Source of the DNA: Alphaproteobacteria bacterium
GTDB lineage: Bacteria > Pseudomonadota > Alphaproteobacteria > UBA828
NCBI GenBank assembly: GCA_965214705.1
Contig: CBDCCI010000001.1
Location: forward strand, 96,001-160,000
Length of the DNA stretch: 64,000 nucleotides
Direction of reading: 5' to 3'
The position numbers and the translations under genes are program-made. How positions within the stretch are numbered: position 1 is the stretch's first letter; the number at the start of each line of letters is the position of its first letter. A model generated the notes under the pieces. The model searched no databases, was not told the origin of the DNA, and was given only the letters and a program-made list of their open reading frames with translations. Below, piece after piece: positions 9,685 to 18,725 of the stretch.

Positions 9685-10749
9685 TCAGAACAGCTCGAGT
9701 TGCGCCGGGTCGCGGGAGGGCGGGTGGAAGCGCTCGATGTCGAGGTCGGGCCCGCGCCGAGCCAGTCCGAGGCGCTTCGTCGCCGCAGCGAAGCGCGCGG
9801 CCAGCAGGTCGGCGTAAGGGCCGGCGCCGGTCATGCGCGAGCCGAAGTTGGGATCGTTGAGACGGCCTGCGCGCATCCCTTGCAACAGGGAGACCACGCG
9901 CTTGGCCTTGTTGGGCGCGTGGACCGAAAGCCATTCCAGGAAGAGCTCCCGGACTTCTAGCGACAACCGCAGGAGGACGTAGCCGGCGCGGTCTGCACCG
10001 GCCTCGTTGGCGGCTTCGAGGATCGATTCCATCTCGTGGTCGGTGAGGCCGGGGATGATGGGCGCCACCATCACCCCCACGGGCACCCCCGCTTCGCTGA
10101 GCGTGCGCATTGCCCCCAACCGCTTTGTGGGCGTCGATGCGCGCGGTTCCATGGTGCGGGTGAGGTCGCGGTCGAGCGTCGTGACCGAGAGCGCGACCGT
10201 GGCCAGGCGCCTCTGTGCCATGCGGGCAAGGATGTCCGCATCGCGCGTGACCAGCGCAGACTTGGTGACGATCCCGACGGGATGCTCGTACCGGTCCAGC
10301 ACCTCGAGCACACCCCGCGTAAGAGCGAGACGCCGCTCGGTCGGCTGGTAGGGATCGGTGTTGGTGCCCATCGCAATCATCCGGCACTCGTAGCCCGGTC
10401 CGGCCAGTTCGCGCTCCAGCTGGGCCGGCGCGTCGTGCTTGGCGAAGATGCGGCTCTCGAAGTCCTGGCCGGGCGAGAGTCCGAGAAAGGCGTGCGTGGG
10501 GCGGGCGTAGCAATAGACGCAGCCGTGCTCGCAGCCGCGATAGACGTTGATGGAGCGGTCGAAGCCGAGATCGGGGGAGTTGTTGCGGGTGATCACCGTG
10601 CGGCTGGCATCGGGCCGCACCTCCGTGCGAAGGGGCCGCGGTTCCTCGTCGATGGTGTCCCAACCGTCGTCGAACGCCTCCCGTTCGTGCCGCTCGTAGC
10701 GCCCGCTTCGGTTGCTCGCCGCCCCCCGCCCCTTGCGCACGTCCCTCAT
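9685..10749 (-). CDS. PA0069/Rv2578c-family radical SAM protein (SplB-like, putative DNA repair)
   Basis: KGRGAASN N-terminus, YRGCEHGCVYCYARPTH CxxxCxxC, GTNTDPYQP, C-terminal QLELF clamp-binding-like motif. Confidence 0.9.
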   Translation of the reverse strand: MRDVRKGRGAASNRSGRYERHEREAFDDGWDTIDEEPRPLRTEVRPDASRTVITRNNSPDLGFDRSINVYRGCEHGCVYCYARPTHAFLGLSPGQDFESRIFAKHDAPAQLERELAGPGYECRMIAMGTNTDPYQPTERRLALTRGVLEVLDRYEHPVGIVTKSALVTRDADILARMAQRRLATVALSVTTLDRDLTRTMEPRASTPTKRLGAMRTLSEAGVPVGVMVAPIIPGLTDHEMESILEAANEAGADRAGYVLLRLSLEVRELFLEWLSVHAPNKAKRVVSLLQGMRAGRLNDPNFGSRMTGAGPYADLLAARFAAATKRLGLARRGPDLDIERFHPPSRDPAQLELF

Positions 10750-10773
10750 CGCCACAGCATAGGTGGCGCATAA

Positions 10774-10788
10774 GAACAATACAAGAAC
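10774..10788. promoter_or_regulatory. Alphaproteobacterial LexA (SOS) box
   Basis: GAAC-AATACAA-GAAC (GTTC-N7-GTTC on minus), 24 nt upstream of the radical SAM ATG. Confidence 0.8.
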
Positions 10789-10814
10789 ATTCGCAGGTGC
10801 GCCGCTATGTGGCG

Positions 10815-11663
10815 TTACGAGCGAATCCCGCGCAGCCGCTCGCTCCGCCGCCGCAATAGCTCCACCATCGTCAACAAAATGATCGACACGACCACCAGGA
10901 GCGTGGCGACCGCCAGGATGGTCGGGCGGATCTCCTCGCGAATCCCTGAGAACATCTTCCAGGGGATCGTTCGCTGTTCCACCGAGCCCACGAACAGCAC
11001 CACCACCACCTCGTCGAAAGAGGTGATGAACGCGAGCAAAGCGCCCGATATGACGCCGGGCAGGATGAGCGGCACGATCACAACGAAGAAGGTACGGGTC
11101 GGGCTCGACCCGAGGCTTGCGGCCGCACGGGTCAGCGAGTGGTCGAAGCCCACCAACGTCGCCGTCACCGTGATGATGACGAACGGGATGCCCAACGCCG
11201 CATGGGCAAGAATGACGCCGACGTGCGTCGAGGCGAGTCCGATCCGCGCATAAAAGAAATACATGCCCGCGGCCGAGATGATGAGCGGCACGATCATCGG
11301 CGATATCAACAGCGCCATGATGGTTTTTCTGAAGGGCATTTCGGGTCTGCTTAACCCGAGCGCCGCCAGGGTGCCGAGGAATGTGGATATCAGCGTGGCA
11401 AATACCGCGATGAGGAAGCTGTTCTGTACCGCTCTTTGCCATGAGTCCTCGGTAAAAAACTCTTGGTACCACTTCGTGCTGTAGCCTGCTGGATCGAAGG
11501 CGAGCATTTCGGGCGTGAAAGTAAAATAAGGAAGCTCGTTGAAGCTGAGCGGAATAATGACGAAAATCGGACCGACCAAGAAAATGAAAATCAGCACGCA
11601 CAGCGTCCGGAACGTATAGTACCAAGCGCGTTCCGAGTGTGTGGCGTGCAGCGGCGGCGGCAT
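10815..11663 (-). CDS. Polyamine-type ABC permease (PotC-like)
   Basis: SPMIVPLII, AAASLGSSP EAA loop, FITSFDEVVV. Confidence 0.88.
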   Translation of the reverse strand: MPPPLHATHSERAWYYTFRTLCVLIFIFLVGPIFVIIPLSFNELPYFTFTPEMLAFDPAGYSTKWYQEFFTEDSWQRAVQNSFLIAVFATLISTFLGTLAALGLSRPEMPFRKTIMALLISPMIVPLIISAAGMYFFYARIGLASTHVGVILAHAALGIPFVIITVTATLVGFDHSLTRAAASLGSSPTRTFFVVIVPLILPGVISGALLAFITSFDEVVVVLFVGSVEQRTIPWKMFSGIREEIRPTILAVATLLVVVSIILLTMVELLRRRSERLRGIRS

Positions 11664-11668
11664 GTGCG

Positions 11669-12931
11669 CTATCCGAGCTTCATGTTGGCCACGCCCACGA
11701 TCCTGTCATAGAGGAAGTAAAGCAGCAGGACGAGCGCCAACAGAATCACGCCTAGAGCTGCGGCCAGACCCCAGTTCAGAGTCTCGCTGATGTGAAGGGC
11801 GATAATGTTCGAGATGAACGTGCCGGTTCGCCCTCCGACAAGAGCCGGCGTGATGTAATAGCCGATCGAAAGAATGAAAACCAGAATGCAGCCCGCGCCG
11901 ATTCCCGGCACGGTATTGGGCATATAGACCTTGATAAAGCCAGTGAACGGCGATGCCCCGAGCGAGCGTGCGGCCCGCATATACGAAGAGGGAATCGTTT
12001 TCATGACGGAATAGAGGGGCAGAATCATGAAGGGTAAGAGAATATGCGTCATCGCCACGAACGTACCGATCTTGTTGTGAATCATCTGCAAACGACCGTC
12101 TTCGGAAATAATTCCCAGGAAGACCATCAGGTCGTTCAACACGCCCTCGGACTGCAGCAGCGCGATCCACGCGGTCGTCCTGACCAACAGAGAGGTCCAG
12201 AATGGCAACAAGACGAGAATCAGCAGGAGATTGCTATGGCGTGGCGGTAACGTCGCCAGGAGGAAGGCAATCGGATAACCGAGTAGCAAGCAGAATATCG
12301 TGATGAGCGCACTCATCCACAACGTGCGATAAAATAGGAACAAGTATATTCGTCGTTCTTCTGCCTTCCAGGAAATTTTGCCCTTGTAGTCAACCCGAAG
12401 GTCGACAGCCGACAAGAAGTAGCTTTCGGTTACGTTGCTCGATTCCTGATAAATCAGTTGCCAGGTTGCAAGGTCTGCCCAGCGTTGATCAATTGCTATA
12501 ACCTGGTCCTTGAAGGGGGCCTCGGTTATACGTTTGGCTCGTCGTCCCGATTTCCGGAACAAGCTCATCACTCCGGACTTTTCGTAATTCAAGCGCCGTC
12601 CGGCACGGCCTAACGTCTTATCCTTGAATGACTCCTGAATATCCAGCACCAGGGCTTCGTACACGAATTCCGGCGGCAACTCCTCGCTCCCCGGATCCCA
12701 GCTTTGAATGGCCAGCGTTGTACGGGGAAGAACGGATGAAACGATTTGGTTGTCGACGCTTCTAAACAACATGTCGATGACGGGAAAAACGAATGTAATC
12801 ATCAAGAACGCCAGAATAGGGACGACCAACAGGAATGTGCGAATGCGCCTGCGAGCCATCGCCCGCCGTAGGCTCGTCTTCAATGGCACGCCATCGGCGG
12901 TTCGCAGGGTGTTATCGGCGACCGTCGACAT
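11669..12931 (-). CDS. Polyamine-type ABC permease (PotB-like) with large periplasmic insert
   Basis: LLPFWTSLLVRT, LLPFMILPLY, AARSLGASP, GYYITPALVGG. Confidence 0.88.
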   Translation of the reverse strand: MSTVADNTLRTADGVPLKTSLRRAMARRRIRTFLLVVPILAFLMITFVFPVIDMLFRSVDNQIVSSVLPRTTLAIQSWDPGSEELPPEFVYEALVLDIQESFKDKTLGRAGRRLNYEKSGVMSLFRKSGRRAKRITEAPFKDQVIAIDQRWADLATWQLIYQESSNVTESYFLSAVDLRVDYKGKISWKAEERRIYLFLFYRTLWMSALITIFCLLLGYPIAFLLATLPPRHSNLLLILVLLPFWTSLLVRTTAWIALLQSEGVLNDLMVFLGIISEDGRLQMIHNKIGTFVAMTHILLPFMILPLYSVMKTIPSSYMRAARSLGASPFTGFIKVYMPNTVPGIGAGCILVFILSIGYYITPALVGGRTGTFISNIIALHISETLNWGLAAALGVILLALVLLLYFLYDRIVGVANMKLG

Positions 12932-12972
12932 GCGCGCTGGCCTACGTCTCGCTCAGGTGCCTTGAAGTAAAG

Positions 12973-13003
12973 GGGGCAGGACGCAACGATGCGCCCCGCC
13001 CCT
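12973..13003 (-). terminator. GC-rich stem-loop downstream of the binding-protein gene (terminator or mRNA stabiliser)
   Basis: Imperfect inverted repeat GGGGC..GCGCA-TCGT-TGCGT..GCCCC on minus, followed by a short T run. Confidence 0.4.
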
Positions 13004-13014
13004 CCTAAGCTCTG

Positions 13015-14118
13015 CTACTTGGCGAGCCAGGTGTTGAACACCTCGTCGAGCTCCGCCCGGTGGTCGGCCCACCAGACGTAGTCGAAGTCGAAGAGGGTCT
13101 CGGCGTTGTTGGGATCGGTCGGCATGTGGGGCTTCATGTCGATGCCGAGATCGGCATGGTTGCCCACGAGCGGCGCCGACGAGTAGCGCGCCGGACCGTA
13201 GGAGATGAACTTCGCCTGGTCCGCCAGACGCTGCGTATCGGTGGCGAAGTAGAGATACGCCTTCACCGCATCGAGATCCTTGACGCCGACCGGCACGACC
13301 CAGCCGTCGAGATCGAAAATCTGCCGGTCCCACAGCATGGCGATGGGCTGGTTCTTCTCCGCGATGGCCGAGAAGAGGCGGCCGTTGTAGGCCGAGGCAA
13401 TGACGACCTCGCCGTCCGCCAGCAGCTGCGGCGGTTGGGCTCCCTTGGTCCACCAGACCACCTGATCCTTGATGGTATCGAGCTTTGCCAAGGCACGGCT
13501 CACGCCCTCGGACGTGCTGAGCATGCCGTAGACATCTGCAGGTGCCACGCCATCGGCGAGCAGCGCCCATTCGAGATTGTTGATGGGCCGCCTCTCCAGC
13601 GAGCGCTTGCCGGGGAACTTCTCCAGGTCGAACACGTCGGCAATGGTGGACGGCTGCTCACCCTCGAAGACATCGGTGCGATAGCCGAAGGTCGTGGAAT
13701 AGACGATCTGCGGGATGAAGCAGTTGGTCCCGCCCGGTGACAGCGTGCCGGCGAAGAAATCCTCCGACGCAGGGGTCCCGTCCGGCGCGGGAGCCAGCCA
13801 CGTGTCGGGATCGATTTCCATGATCAGGCCTTCGTCGCACGCGGTAATCGCATCGGCTGCGACCATGTCGACGATGTCCCAAGTGACGTTGTTCGACTCC
13901 ACCTGTGCCCGAACCTTGGCCAGCCCTTCGGCGGCGTTGTCGTCATTGATGATGTTGATGTCGGGGTTCGCGGCCATGTAGGGGTCGTGATAGGCCTTCT
14001 GCTGGCTCGCCGTATAGGCGCCGCCCCACGACACGATCGTGAGGTCAAGTGCCTGGGCACTGCCAACCGCCAACGCGACGCCGGCGGCAACGACAGTCGT
14101 ACTCAATAGCCATCTCAT
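13015..14118 (-). CDS. Polyamine-type ABC substrate-binding protein (PotD/PotF-like)
   Basis: Signal peptide; LTIVSWGGAYTASQ, WDIVD, FPGKRSL, QLLADGEV. Confidence 0.88.
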   Translation of the reverse strand: MRWLLSTTVVAAGVALAVGSAQALDLTIVSWGGAYTASQQKAYHDPYMAANPDINIINDDNAAEGLAKVRAQVESNNVTWDIVDMVAADAITACDEGLIMEIDPDTWLAPAPDGTPASEDFFAGTLSPGGTNCFIPQIVYSTTFGYRTDVFEGEQPSTIADVFDLEKFPGKRSLERRPINNLEWALLADGVAPADVYGMLSTSEGVSRALAKLDTIKDQVVWWTKGAQPPQLLADGEVVIASAYNGRLFSAIAEKNQPIAMLWDRQIFDLDGWVVPVGVKDLDAVKAYLYFATDTQRLADQAKFISYGPARYSSAPLVGNHADLGIDMKPHMPTDPNNAETLFDFDYVWWADHRAELDEVFNTWLAK

Positions 14119-14202
14119 CTCGCTTACTCCCCTCTCGTTTGCCGGACACACCGGCGGGTTCTCAAGTCTCGCATCGGCAACACCGATACGTCTTGATCTG
14201 CT

Positions 14203-15125
14203 CTAACCGGGCTCGGCTGCGTCAACCGGAGCGTCCAGCGCCCGGCAATCTTCTGCAGCCCAGCCCAGGTTGACGTCCGTTCCCTCCCGCAACGCTGCAT
14301 GCCGATCTGTGTTGGGAATCTTCACAACGAACTCGTCAGCTCCCGCGACCGACAGGCGCGCACGGATATGATCTCCCAGATAGATCAACTCCTCGACGCG
14401 ACCGACAATCGAGTTATCCGCCTCTCCGTCTTCGCATGCGACGATAACGCGCTCAGGACGGAGCGAAAGGGTCGTGCGTGCGCCCGCTCCCTCGACCTTC
14501 ACATTGAGGGCTCGAATGGTGCCACCACCATCCAAATTCACCTGGCAATGGTTCCCTTCAACGGAATTCACCTTGCCGCACAAACGATTGTTCTCGCCGA
14601 TAAACTGCGCAACGAAGGCGTTCTCCGGTTGCTCGTACAGCGCGCTAGGACTTGCTAATTGCTGAATTACACCATCATTAAAGACCGCAATCCGATTGGA
14701 CATGGTCAATGCTTCGGACTGATCGTGCGTGACGTAGACGATCGTGACGCCGAGCTCTTCGTGAAGATGCTTGATTTCGTACTGCATCTCCTCCCGCAGA
14801 TTCTTGTCCAAGGCGCCGAGAGGCTCATCCATAAGCACCAAGTCAGGCTCGAATACCAATGCCCGTGCCACCGCCACGCGTTGCTGCTGGCCGCCCGAGA
14901 GTTGACCGGGCCGGCGGCCACCGAAGTCCGGCAGGCGAACCATGTCCAGCGCGCGCTTGACTTTCGCCTCGACCTCCGATCTCGGAATCCTTCGAACTTT
15001 CAGAGGAAACGCCAGGTTCTCCGTGACTGTCATGTGCGGAAACAGCGCGTAATCCTGGAAGACCATGCCGATATTTCGTCGATGCGGCGCAACTTTATTG
15101 ATCGGACGGTCGTTCAAATAAATTT
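14203..15125 (-). pseudogene. 3' part of PotA-like ABC ATPase interrupted by IS66 element
   Basis: IYLNDRPINKVAPHRRNIGMVFQDYALFPH, LSGGQQQR, DEPLGALD; Walker A lies on the other side of the IS. Confidence 0.9.
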
Positions 15126-15221
15126 GTAACTGCCCAGGTCTGATTCCGCCGAGCACTCACGCGTGATGGACTGATGCCTCTGGCCTGGTGCCGCTGACGT
15201 GGAGCGGAGCGGCGGGGGATT

Positions 15222-16763
15222 TCAGAAGCGCAGTACCGGGATTAGCTGCATGGGATCGGGGTGCGCCAGGGTTTCGAGGACATTCCAGCGCTGTTTTCGA
15301 GCGGTGGCGATGACGGACCGCAGGTTGGCGAAGTCGCAGGCACCTTGCATCGAGCGGAAGCCGCCTGAGATTTTCTGACGCAGCTTGCCCATTCGCAGAT
15401 CGCGCTCCGCCTCATTGTTCGAGAACGGGGTTCGCGGGTCGGTGAGGAAGCGCAGGCAGCCCTCCTTGTACTTCTGGAGCCGGAGCGCGAGGTTGTGACC
15501 GATGCGGCGCTTTTGTCGTCCGCGCTTTCCGGTCTGGAGCGGCGGCATCTCTTCGTGAGCGGCGATGGCACGTTCGAGGATGCGGTCCCAGGCTCGCGAG
15601 ATGCGGGCGACCAGCGATGCGGGCACGTCGCGATCATTCTTGCGGGCGAAGCGGGCGGCTCTGTTGGCACGGGAGAGCAGCTGGTGCATGCTCGTTGCCC
15701 AGTCTTCCTTCTCGATCTCGATCAGGGCCTGGAGCTCACGCAGGTGATGGGCGTTGCAGGCCCCGTGGCGCACGCCCTCGAGAGCGAAGTAGGTGGCATA
15801 GTCGTCATGGATGACGATGCCGTTGAGCTTCTCGTCGAAATGGCCGCGCCCGCTGGCGACGCGCAGGATGGTCAGCAACGGGGTGCACAGCACGTGGAGC
15901 CAATGGGTCCGGGCGGCGATGCGGATGCCGGTCTCGTCGAGGTGTTTGACCGGGGCTTCGGTGCGGATGATCTCTGCGACACGATCGAGGAAGCCCTCGA
16001 AGCGCCGGGCGGTGCGCCTGCCCATGGCGGCGATGGTGGCCGTTGAGATCTTGACCGCGAAGAGATCGCTCATGACCTCGGCGACGCGCTTCTCCGGAAT
16101 GAACTGAGCGTGCAGCAGGTAGGTCACCCACGCGGTGATGCGCGGCCCGTACTGGACCGGGGCGCTCACGCCGTTCGGGAAGGCGGCTGTTGTCATGGTG
16201 CCGCAGGCGGCGCAGAGGCAGCGATGGCCGCGATGCTCGGTGGCCTCGAGGGGCTGCGGCTCGGGCACATCGAAGACCTGCCGGCAGACGGGGGCTCCGT
16301 GACGGTCGGCGTCCGACAGCGGCGCGCCGCAGCCCTCACAGGCGGACGGATCATGATCCACGACGTGGTCCGGGTTCTCGGTCCGCTCCAGGGTGGTTCC
16401 CTTGTGGCCCGGCTGACCGCCGCTGGGCCTGTCGGATTTGCCGCGCCGGCTCCGGGTGCGCTTCTCCTGGTCTGCGCTCTTCTTCTTCAGGCCGTCGCTG
16501 GCCGGCGGCCTGGAGCTGGTGGTGCTGTCGAGCGCGGCGCTGCGCTCAAGTTCGGCGATCCGCTCGCGCAAGCGGGCGTTCTCCCGCTCCAGCGCGTCGT
16601 TCTCCTTGACCAGCGCCGCGCTCAGGCGAAGCAGCCCCTGGCCCCATTCCCGGATGGCTTTGACGGCGGTCATCGCGAAGGATTGTGGGGTGAAAAGGTC
16701 CTGCAGGCACGCGAAAGCCTCGTCGTGAGCGGCGAGGTCCGCGTGCCAGCGCGACACTGTCAC
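15222..16763 (-). CDS. IS66-family DDE transposase (TnpC-like)
   Basis: Coiled coil, SSRPPASD, GGQPGHKG, CEGC/CAAC zinc finger, HLDETG, HDD, CNAHHLREL, FSNNEAERDLR. Confidence 0.92.
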   Translation of the reverse strand: MTVSRWHADLAAHDEAFACLQDLFTPQSFAMTAVKAIREWGQGLLRLSAALVKENDALERENARLRERIAELERSAALDSTTSSRPPASDGLKKKSADQEKRTRSRRGKSDRPSGGQPGHKGTTLERTENPDHVVDHDPSACEGCGAPLSDADRHGAPVCRQVFDVPEPQPLEATEHRGHRCLCAACGTMTTAAFPNGVSAPVQYGPRITAWVTYLLHAQFIPEKRVAEVMSDLFAVKISTATIAAMGRRTARRFEGFLDRVAEIIRTEAPVKHLDETGIRIAARTHWLHVLCTPLLTILRVASGRGHFDEKLNGIVIHDDYATYFALEGVRHGACNAHHLRELQALIEIEKEDWATSMHQLLSRANRAARFARKNDRDVPASLVARISRAWDRILERAIAAHEEMPPLQTGKRGRQKRRIGHNLALRLQKYKEGCLRFLTDPRTPFSNNEAERDLRMGKLRQKISGGFRSMQGACDFANLRSVIATARKQRWNVLETLAHPDPMQLIPVLRF

Positions 16764-17429
16764 AAACCCTCGTCAGCCTCGACGGCCATGATCGCGGCCA
16801 GCACCGCCAGGCGTTCGCCCGCCGGCATGGCCTCGTAGCGCCGGCCCCAGTTGGCCGCCTTGCGCTTGATGCGCTGGCGGTCGGTGAAGTTGCGGCCCGC
16901 GTAGCTCGCCCAGTGCACCCGGTCGGGCGCGAAGTTGAACCACACCGCCTCGGTCCGCACCTGGGCCTGGGTCGTCACCTGCAGCGCCAGCCGGCGCCAG
17001 CCCGCCAGCAACTCGTCATAGAGCGCAGACGGGTGGCCCGAGACCATCACCTGGCAGGGCAGACCCTTGAGCAGTTCGAGGAGCGCGACGTGGTCGGCCT
17101 CCTCGTACTCGAAGCGGTAGCGCTGCGACGAACGCCGGGTCGCGTGCAGATAGGGCGGATCGCTGTAGACCAGCTCCGGGCCCAGGAACGGGAACGAGGC
17201 CAGGAAGGAGTGGGCGCAGCCGTGCACCAACTCCACCGGGTAGCCACAGTCGAAGGACTCAAGCGCCCGCTCGTCGCGGTCAATCCCGATCGAGCGCACG
17301 GCCGCAGGCTTGCGCTTCATCAGCGCCCCGCCCCCCCAAGTGGCTCTCGATATAGACAGAGTGCGGGGGCATCAGCGCAATCAGCGCCTGGCTCAGACCG
17401 GTCGTCGCCTTCGATCCGAAATACCCCAC
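16760..17429 (-). pseudogene. Dam/D12-like DNA adenine methyltransferase with a +1 frameshift in a G7 run
   Basis: GAGGAG RBS, GTG start, MGYFGSKA..MPPHSVYIESHLGG then a frame change to GALMKRKP..IGID..YSDPPY; length 670 nt = 3n+1. Confidence 0.85.
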
Positions 17430-17581
17430 CGGCTGCTCCTCTCATGCGAGAGAGCAACCCATAGGCGAGCGTGCCTATACAGTCAAGGGCAGATCATCGA
17501 CGCGCCGACGGACAAACGGCACCGGCGGCGACCAACATCAGCACGCACTCAGATCTGGCGGCGGGGTACCTGGGTAGTTAC

Positions 17582-17794
17582 ATAAATTTCTCCATGAGTA
17601 GCCGGCTCAAAGCCAGCCAACATCATCAAGCACGTTGTCTTGCCAGATCCCGAGGGACCCAACATCGTCAGGAACTCACCGGTCTTGATGCTTAGATTGA
17701 GGTCCTTGACGACCAGGATCTCGCCGTCGTAGCTCTTCTGCACGCGGTCGAAGACCACGATATCCGGGGTATCGGTCGTCATCAAAACACCCAT
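17582..17794 (-). pseudogene. 5' part of PotA-like ABC ATPase
   Basis: [16 protein letters not shown] Walker A; ends at GEIY, which rejoins LNDRP in frame when the IS and one TSD copy are removed. Confidence 0.9.
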
Positions 17795-18386
17795 CCCCGT
17801 CTAGACAAACGCCCGTTCGAACCTGAAACAGGGCCGCGTTCTTCCAACACGGGATTCAAAATTATGGACTTCAGAAATTCAAGCCTTACTCCCTCTCTAT
17901 TCTGTAGCCTTTGAGAATATCTTGGCATCGTCGTGGCTATAGAGTGCATTTCATCGAAGCCACGGACAGCCTACTTTAAGGTACCGAACATTGGCGTACA
18001 AACGCAGCTCGCAGGATCGCTGACAATCGCTGAACGCCACGTCATGCTTGTTCGAACCGACGCCTTTTCGTTGCAAATCAGCAGGATACAGAACACTCAT
18101 CATACCCTGTTCGGCTTCCTCCTCAGCAACGCCGCCCGTAGCGGCTCAAGCCACGGTTCCAGGACTCAATGTTCGCGAAAGAGCGCATATCAAGCATCAT
18201 AGTCAGTTCGGTTGACGAAGAGTTGCCGCTGACTATCGGATGTCGATTCAGCCTCTCAAACCTCCCCAATTTATTGTCAAGCACCATATCGAGGCACTTG
18301 GTGGCTCTTGAATTGACCGATCCACGGGCAATCCTGTGGTCAGGGAATTGGCTTGTCAACGGTATTTTGGGTGTTGTCACGGACAC

Positions 18387-18415
18387 TTGAGGCGTTGATT
18401 GGTCCGACCAAGAAT
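18387..18415 (+). promoter_or_regulatory. Putative promoter with GntR/FadR-type operator in the spacer
   Basis: TTGAGG-N17-AAGAAT; palindrome TTGGTC-C-GACCAA at 18399-18411 resembles PdhR/LldR-type boxes. Confidence 0.55.
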
Positions 18416-18725
18416 TATTCGGCTCAGCGGTTCGATAAAGGGCGGTCGCGGCGAGCCTGGTGACCGCAGGACGGTACGCAGACACGAAGGAACGCGCCGG
18501 GTACCGCCGGTGTACGCCAGGGGCCGGTTTCGCCTTCGGTACCCTGCCTTTCCGTCCGACCCGAACCGGTACGCGGGATTGTTTGGCATGCCCAAACCAG
18601 TCATCATGCCTCCACCCGCTGGGCCTCGTCCCGCCTGCCGGCGTCATCCTGCGGATGCGCTGCGGCCGGTCGGCGAAGGCGTGCGGTCCGCGGGTGCGCG
18701 CAAATCCATGCAGGGAGGCATCGCC

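Larger units (their letters stand above)
15126..17581 (-). mobile_element. IS66-family element (single-transposase, ISBst12-like) with methyltransferase passenger, 2456 bp
   Basis: Terminal IRs GTAACTGCCCAGGT / ACCTGGGTAGTTAC (13 of 14 match); 8-bp target duplication ATAAATTT at 15118-15125 and 17582-17589. Confidence 0.92.

Noticed and set aside
9685-11625. Apparent long N-terminal extensions or fusions in the ORF track (646-aa radical SAM, 586-aa AcxC, 598-aa crotonase, 641-aa DppC)
   Set aside because: The extensions overlap neighbouring real genes; family-typical starts lie downstream
17921-17938. Sigma54-like GG-N10-GC element
   Set aside because: Lacks the TTGC -12 consensus, points away from potA and is about 800 nt from the next plus-strand gene
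17933-18390. Short ORFs in the AT-rich intergenic region
   Set aside because: No motifs or clear RBS; more consistent with regulatory DNA
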